Shown here piece after piece: positions 62,628-64,000 of a stretch of 64,000 nucleotides of DNA. Below the pieces are notes generated by a model. It was given only the letters and a program-made list of their open reading frames with translations. It did no database searches and was not told the origin of the DNA. Position 1 is the stretch's first letter. Each line of letters starts with the position of its first letter. The DNA is from Blastocatellia bacterium (lineage in GTDB: Bacteria > Acidobacteriota > Blastocatellia > UBA7656). Made by a program: the position numbers and the translations under genes. The stretch is from positions 224,001 to 288,000 of the forward strand of contig CAVXWP010000008.1 in the NCBI GenBank assembly GCA_963765495.1. Direction: 5' to 3'.

Positions 62628-63077
62628 TTACTGCGAAGTTTCCGAATGAACTATGCCCTTCAACTCATTTTGCAATCTCTCAATCTCTTCGGTTTTTTGC
62701 GCGATTCTTTCAAATAGCGCGCTCTGGGCTTTCATCCCTTCGGAAATTAGAAATGCTGCCGATTCCGACCTGCTCTTGAAGATACCCGTCTGCACAAGCG
62801 CATCAAGCGCTCGAAGTGATTCATCGTTAACGCGTACCATCACTACATGATCGCGCGCCGAGAGCGCAGACTCGATGGCCTTGCCTATGGATTCCGTAGC
62901 CCGGTTGATAACCTCTCCTGTCTTGTTTGCCACTCCCTTTACCGTATCGGCCAGATCGTCCAGCCCGCTCTTTGATCTCGATCCCTCGTTTTCGAGTCGC
63001 GTTACAACTACGTCATCACTGTCAGGTCCTTTTTCCTCAATAATTACATCCCCTGTGGAACCAAATTCGTCTCTCAT
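62628..63077 (-). CDS. Hypothetical protein with a ribbon-helix-helix-like C-terminal region
   Basis: VVMVRV...LDALVQTGIFKSRSESAAFLI; AGGAGG RBS region upstream. Confidence 0.75.
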   Translation of the reverse strand: MRDEFGSTGDVIIEEKGPDSDDVVVTRLENEGSRSKSGLDDLADTVKGVANKTGEVINRATESIGKAIESALSARDHVVMVRVNDESLRALDALVQTGIFKSRSESAAFLISEGMKAQSALFERIAQKTEEIERLQNELKGIVHSETSQ

Positions 63078-63288
63078 ATCTTTTCCCTTACCTCCTTACG
63101 TGAAATCTCGTAATTGCCTTACGGTTTATTATGTAATAAAGTTTTTGAATTTTCAACTTAAAAGAGAATCAAGTATAGAATAAATCTCTGGGAGTCAAAA
63201 ACATCTTGGCCGGGGGGATCATTTCGGGCATTATGAGACTTTTGCAGGCTGGCTCGCGTTAGAAACCATTCAAGGGGGTAAGAAAGAC

Positions 63289-64000
63289 ATGGAAACAGGA
63301 AACAAGACTCTAACACACACGCCCATACCGCCCCCGCTTGTGCGAAAGTTGCTCCACAGGGGAGCCAGGTCTCACCTTGCGCGGATTTTTACAAAAGCCT
63401 ATCCGGTCGAGGTGGCAAGGATGCTTTCGGCGCTGAGCGGGGCCGAGAGGCTTCGCGCTTTTAAGATTCTCTTTGAAGAGGGAGAAGTCTCTCATGTAGC
63501 TAGCGTGTTGAGCGAGATGGCCGAAGGCGACAGCCTCGCATTGCTCGAGCGGCTAGAACCCAGACAGATCGCGAGACTGCTGAGCGAAATGGCGGCAGAT
63601 GATGCCACCTTTCTGGCCTCGCGGCTACCTGATCCGCTTGCCGAAAGCGTCCTTGCGTTGATGGAAGCAAGGCCGGCGGCCGACGTAAGAGAACTTCTTG
63701 AACACGAGGAGCAGACCGCCGGTCGCATTATGACGCGTGATTATTTCGCGCTGGACGATGATGTGACGGTTTCAGAGGCGATTACCGCGCTGCAACGCAG
63801 GTCGGAAGAGTTCGAGATGGTCTTTTATGTCTACATCGTGGACAAGAGAAATCATCTGATCGGGGTAGCGAGTTTGAGACAGTTATTGACCACCCCTCCT
63901 TCGACTCAGTTAAAGCGCATAATGAAATCGAATGTAATCAGCGCCCGCACAAACGACGATCAGGAAGAGGTCGCGAGGCTCGTGGCTGAGTACGATTTGC
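63289..64000 (+). CDS. mgtE: Magnesium transporter MgtE (5' part, runs off the window)
   Basis: Manual translation: MAADDA...EQTAGRIMT...YVYIVD...LIGVASLRQLL...DDQEEVARLVAEYDL (MgtE-N plus CBS pair). Confidence 0.92.
   Translation, partial: METGNKTLTHTPIPPPLVRKLLHRGARSHLARIFTKAYPVEVARMLSALSGAERLRAFKILFEEGEVSHVASVLSEMAEGDSLALLERLEPRQIARLLSEMAADDATFLASRLPDPLAESVLALMEARPAADVRELLEHEEQTAGRIMTRDYFALDDDVTVSEAITALQRRSEEFEMVFYVYIVDKRNHLIGVASLRQLLTTPPSTQLKRIMKSNVISARTNDDQEEVARLVAEYDL

Overview
Bacterial window, probably Acidobacteria (inferred from the ADOP permease, acidobacterial VWFA protein and Oar-like receptor). Layout: (1) 1-10.2 kb: GNAT (partial), VWA protein, GH13 amylase, and a VIT-vWA protein with a SEPE-CTERM signal next to exosortase K. 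(2) 10.3-15.5 kb: a decay zone with internally deleted ackA, a dead transposase cut by a 144-bp MITE, an internally deleted TonB-dependent receptor and a group IIC intron 3' remnant. (3) 15.5-20.4 kb: an FNR/CRP-type regulator with four neighbouring promoters that each carry paired CRP-like boxes 22 bp apart. (4) kdsB-pyrG. (5) 23-49.4 kb: an accessory cluster with an ECF sigma factor, a Gly/Lys-repeat small protein, a kinase-like unknown, a frameshifted MnxG-like multicopper oxidase containing three tandem blue-copper domains, a beta-propeller, glycosyltransferases, a methyltransferase, PhyH, two LLM monooxygenases, ACAD, a divergent AroD-AroE and a cytochrome P460; three of its promoters share an ECF-type motif. 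(6) tRNA-Ser(GCT). (7) 50.4-57.9 kb: three 30-32 aa precursor peptides missed by the ORF track (acidic leader ending EEMEQxxAP, then GMLISD, GMLISN or GFLLSD), behind a consensus sigma-54 promoter with three enhancer-like palindromes and followed by an RRE-like/M50/HlyD fusion, an MFS and an ABC permease. This is the best candidate for a novel peptide signalling or RiPP system. (8) ferredoxin-like gene, TetR, mqnE, a Zn-ribbon protein, a second MITE copy and mgtE (partial). All family assignments come from motif recognition by eye; no database searches were run.
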